17,794 bases of DNA, from the IMG/VR virus record IMGVR_UViG_2671180275_000001, one strand, 5' to 3'. This DNA comes from a virus. Taxonomy: Duplodnaviria; Heunggongvirae; Uroviricota; Caudoviricetes. The position numbers were made by a program, and so were the translations under genes. How positions within the stretch are numbered: position 1 is the stretch's first letter; each line of letters opens with the position of its first letter. The notes below the pieces were generated by a model. It saw only the letters and a list, made by a program, of their open reading frames with translations. It did no database searches and was not told where the DNA came from. Positions 14,991 through 17,794 of the stretch are shown in pieces.

Positions 14991-16388
14991 CAGTGGTCCT
15001 ACATCATCACCATCAATGTAAATCACGGCGTCTTTTTCCAGTTTGGCTAACCATCGCCGCATATTTTTCACGTCATACCCAAGCCGTTTCATGTCATCAC
15101 GTAACAGCGGGATCGTGCACTTGTCGCCGTTCTGTGTGCGTGAACGGATGCACCCCCATAGTGCGGTATGGTTTTCCGTCTTGTTGCCTGCCTCCTCGAT
15201 GCGTTCCAGTTCAACGGGAGGGCGCGGCTTATCCACCACCACCAGCGACGTGATTAACTCCCCGTCAGCGTCGGTAAACAGCTCCACCACGCGTAAGTCA
15301 TATGCGGCTTCTTTGAGTTCCTCCGCGTCCTTCATTTTGGTGCATGAGATAACCAGCGCTTCGCTTCCTGCGTCCTCCCTGCGTATCCGGTATTCAGCAT
15401 CCAGCGAAGCACGAAATGCACTGGAACCGCGCGCGCCTTTCGTCTCATCCTTGCCGGAATGGTGAACCACCAGCACCGTGGCCCCTGTGCGTCGTTTCAG
15501 TTCGTCACAACCACGGATAAACGCCCCCATATCACGGGAATCATTTTCATCATTCCCACCAAAGCAACGCGCCAGCGTATCCAGAATAATCATGCGTACA
15601 GGTTTACCCGTTTCCCGCTCCACCTGACGGGCAGCGATAACCATTTCATCAACATCAAGCGGGGCAGCCGGAAAGATGGGGCGGTTTACCAGATACAGAT
15701 TTTTCACCTGCTCATCGTGCACAACCTCCCAGGCTTTTACACGACGCGGAACACCTATACCGCCTTCACCAACCACATAGAGAACCGCACCATGTGCAAC
15801 CCTGCGGCCTCCCCACTGGCGACCAGTGGCAACATGGCACGCCCACGATCCGGCAAGGAATGATTTATAGGACCCGCTAGCCCCGTATATGCTGCACAGC
15901 GATACCGCCGGAATAATCCCCTTAACCACGTAATCAAGTTGTGTGTCGTATCCGGCAGATCCCACGCTCATTGGTAGCGTGGTTTTTCGCTGGTGGTGTT
16001 TTTCTTCCCCTGGCTTTTTCCCCCGCTCCCGTTCCAGATATTCGCGCCAGTTCTCCCGCTTCTGGCTGTGCATCCCTTCGGGGTAATAATTCGCATCAGT
16101 TACACCCGCCGCCGCCAGCTTGTGCGCAATGGCATTAATATTTGATGGCCTGATGTGGCCTGCCTTGTACAGCCGGACACAATAGCGCCCCTCGTCGATG
16201 ATTCTCAGGTCTGCCAGTTCATCCAGTTGATCATCAGCCAGCACAACGGGAGGCACATTATCGCCAGCCAGTCGCCCGTCCTGTTCCTGCCACTGTTTCG
16301 CATGTGCCCAGGCATCACTACCCGCAAAAATAATGACTTCGGTCATCTTGTCGTAAGGCTGTTTTTTTAAGTTCGGTGCGCTTTTCAT
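14988..16388 (-). CDS. replication protein: RepA/DnaB-like RecA-fold P-loop helicase (AAA_25-like) with an N-terminal domain of unclear type
   Basis: Walker A YGASGSYKSF and Walker B MIILDTLARCFGGNDEND, with LVVHHSGKDETKGARGSSAF downstream, as in RepA-type hexameric helicases. ATGA overlap with the upstream 99-aa ORF. Confidence 0.75.
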   Translation of the reverse strand: MKSAPNLKKQPYDKMTEVIIFAGSDAWAHAKQWQEQDGRLAGDNVPPVVLADDQLDELADLRIIDEGRYCVRLYKAGHIRPSNINAIAHKLAAAGVTDANYYPEGMHSQKRENWREYLERERGKKPGEEKHHQRKTTLPMSVGSAGYDTQLDYVVKGIIPAVSLCSIYGASGSYKSFLAGSWACHVATGRQWGGRRVAHGAVLYVVGEGGIGVPRRVKAWEVVHDEQVKNLYLVNRPIFPAAPLDVDEMVIAARQVERETGKPVRMIILDTLARCFGGNDENDSRDMGAFIRGCDELKRRTGATVLVVHHSGKDETKGARGSSAFRASLDAEYRIRREDAGSEALVISCTKMKDAEELKEAAYDLRVVELFTDADGELITSLVVVDKPRPPVELERIEEAGNKTENHTALWGCIRSRTQNGDKCTIPLLRDDMKRLGYDVKNMRRWLAKLEKDAVIYIDGDDVGPL

Positions 16389-16684
16389 TTCTTGCCCCTG
16401 AATCCGTTAATCATGGTTTTCAGCTTCTGGATGTTTGCCCGTGCCCTGGCGTTGCTGGTGGGCACGTTATGCGGCGCGGTCTGTACCAGAGAAAAATCAC
16501 GCCGGAACTGATAAACAGGCATCACGCAATCATATTCGTAACCTTCACGGCGGTAAGTTACGCACCGTCCCGCCACGCCCTTAATCATTACCGTACCGCC
16601 GTACTGGTCGCGGTAAATATCACCGCGCGTAAATTTAGGGTGAGTGTTGCCACTGGCAGTTAAGCCAGAATATTTAAGTTTCAT
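16385..16684 (-). CDS. hypothetical protein (99 aa)
   Basis: ATG start; stop overlaps the helicase start (ATGA). No recognised motif. Confidence 0.5.
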   Translation of the reverse strand: MKLKYSGLTASGNTHPKFTRGDIYRDQYGGTVMIKGVAGRCVTYRREGYEYDCVMPVYQFRRDFSLVQTAPHNVPTSNARARANIQKLKTMINGFRGKK

Positions 16685-16689
16685 TATTT

Positions 16690-16923
16690 TTATTCTCCGG
16701 TGTGCTGTTCTTTATATCTGTCGTGCAATAGATCTATTTCTTGCAGTTCCATTATTACATGCTCAAGAATCGTTATTAATGCCGTGGCAATTCTTGATTT
16801 TTGTTTGTCGCGTTCATTGTCGCCAAGTGTTTCAAGCCATATGCGCAATATTTCCATCATGCTTTCACTGTGAGAAAGTGCAAGAAATGCGCGGTCTATT
16901 GTTTCAAGATAAATATCACGCAT
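16690..16923 (-). CDS. hypothetical helical protein (77 aa)
   Basis: ATG one nt after the stop of the upstream ORF (TAAtATG); GGGGA upstream. No recognised motif. Confidence 0.45.
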   Translation of the reverse strand: MRDIYLETIDRAFLALSHSESMMEILRIWLETLGDNERDKQKSRIATALITILEHVIMELQEIDLLHDRYKEQHTGE

Positions 16924-16924
16924 A

Positions 16925-17359
16925 TTAATCCCCGTCCGTTGTTTTTCTTAAAACAGCTTCTGTCACGAAATCGGCATAGTTAGCGGCAATATCAAGAATA
17001 TTTAGCCCTGTATCTCTGTGCTCATCAGTGCAAAGAAAGAAAAAAGCCACCCGCATAATTTCAGATATTAACGAAAGCGCATCAACCGCATCATCAGGAA
17101 CGCCGGAAAATTCTTGTTTCAGGGAATTAAAACGATCATCACGCATAACCCCCCCATTTTCACAATCAGCAACAAGAATATTTTTAGCGTCATTCAGTGA
17201 CCGCGTTGCGGTGTATCGGATACATTCCAGGGCGAATAGTGTGTATTCTTCCCGTCCTTCCTTTTGTGCAAGCTCTGCTGTGCATTCAATATCAATAAGC
17301 GCGTGCATCAGCGTAGTGAGCGCGGCGGCTGCTGCGTCCGGTGTGGTTTTATTGCACAT
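16925..17359 (-). CDS. hypothetical protein (144 aa)
   Basis: Start at internal ATG (MCNKTTPDAAAAALTTLMH...) with GGAGGT 6 nt upstream. No recognised motif. Confidence 0.5.
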   Translation of the reverse strand: MCNKTTPDAAAAALTTLMHALIDIECTAELAQKEGREEYTLFALECIRYTATRSLNDAKNILVADCENGGVMRDDRFNSLKQEFSGVPDDAVDALSLISEIMRVAFFFLCTDEHRDTGLNILDIAANYADFVTEAVLRKTTDGD

Positions 17360-17540
17360 GGCACACCTCCTGACGAATACGGGCGGCGAATACAGCAACA
17401 CAACCGGACGGGCAACGGCTACGCGCTTCGCGTTCCGTCCAGGCGGTTACGTGGATGATTTGAGATTCTGACGCGCCAAAGATGATAAAGCGCCAGATAA
17501 ATGCGGTTTGAGAATGTACAAGGGTAGGGATAGTAGCCAT
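17349..17540 (-). CDS. hypothetical small protein (63 aa) with a Cys-x3-Cys ... Cys-His pattern
   Basis: Internal ATG (MATIPTLVHSQTAFIWRF...RCPSGCVAVFAARIRQEVCHVQ) with GGAGG 7 nt upstream; first gene after the terminator-like hairpin at about 17702-17725. Confidence 0.4.
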   Translation of the reverse strand: MATIPTLVHSQTAFIWRFIIFGASESQIIHVTAWTEREARSRCPSGCVAVFAARIRQEVCHVQ

Positions 17541-17701
17541 GTTGGCAGCCTCCTCAGTGTGGTTAAGATAACCGCCACGCAAAAGGCTAATTTCGCTGGT
17601 GGCGGACTGTACAGGGTTAGCCTTACCGGACACTGAAGAAACCGGCGCGGATTGCTCCGCCCCCGTACAGCCCACCATTGATAAGGTGTGACTATGCGGC
17701 A

Positions 17702-17725
17702 CAAAAAAACACGCGGGGCGCGTGC
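17702..17725 (-). terminator. intrinsic terminator-like hairpin closing a transcription unit that lies beyond the window end
   Basis: Minus strand CACGCG-CCC-CGCGTG followed by T7. Confidence 0.4.
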
Positions 17726-17794
17726 TGTGCGCTTCAGTTGTTTTCAGGAGGCTAATCCCGACACCCGTTTTATGAGGTGCGCGGGAATCATAGC

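Noticed and set aside
17447-17704. 85-aa and 117-aa ORFs at the right edge (17447..17704 and 17349..17702 from alternative starts)
   Set aside because: Both begin with GTG/TTG inside the terminator hairpin and are low-complexity; the internal ATG at 17540 with a GGAGG site is the better-supported start for a 63-aa protein.

Overview
The window is mostly the late/morphogenesis region of a lambda-like siphovirus prophage, with every credible gene on the minus strand. Reading in the direction of transcription (high to low coordinates): a 5-prime-truncated gpA-type terminase large subunit (C-terminal part only), a gpW-like protein, a gpB-like portal, a fused ClpP-type protease / HK97-fold major capsid protein, a small head protein, then FII, Z, U, V (Ig-like C-terminus), G and G-T frameshift chaperones, a 1021-aa tape measure protein H, and M. 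Upstream of the truncated terminase (11.3-17.8 kb) is a differently organised, AT-rich-bounded module: a tightly coupled cluster of small unknown ORFs, a RepA/RecA-like P-loop helicase followed by iteron-like repeats, a PerC-family-like regulator, and a second, divergent protease/capsid fusion gene with its own coupled small ORF. That second capsid cassette is bracketed by two copies of a conserved ~100-bp element, each carrying an intrinsic terminator. No tRNA, rRNA, CRISPR array, integrase or transposase was seen. The most interesting feature is this second capsid gene sitting next to a self-contained replication module while the resident terminase lacks its ATPase half, which suggests a satellite-like or mosaic element, but this is inference from sequence alone. 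All homology calls are from reading the ORF translations and comparing with lambda proteins recalled from memory; no database search was run.
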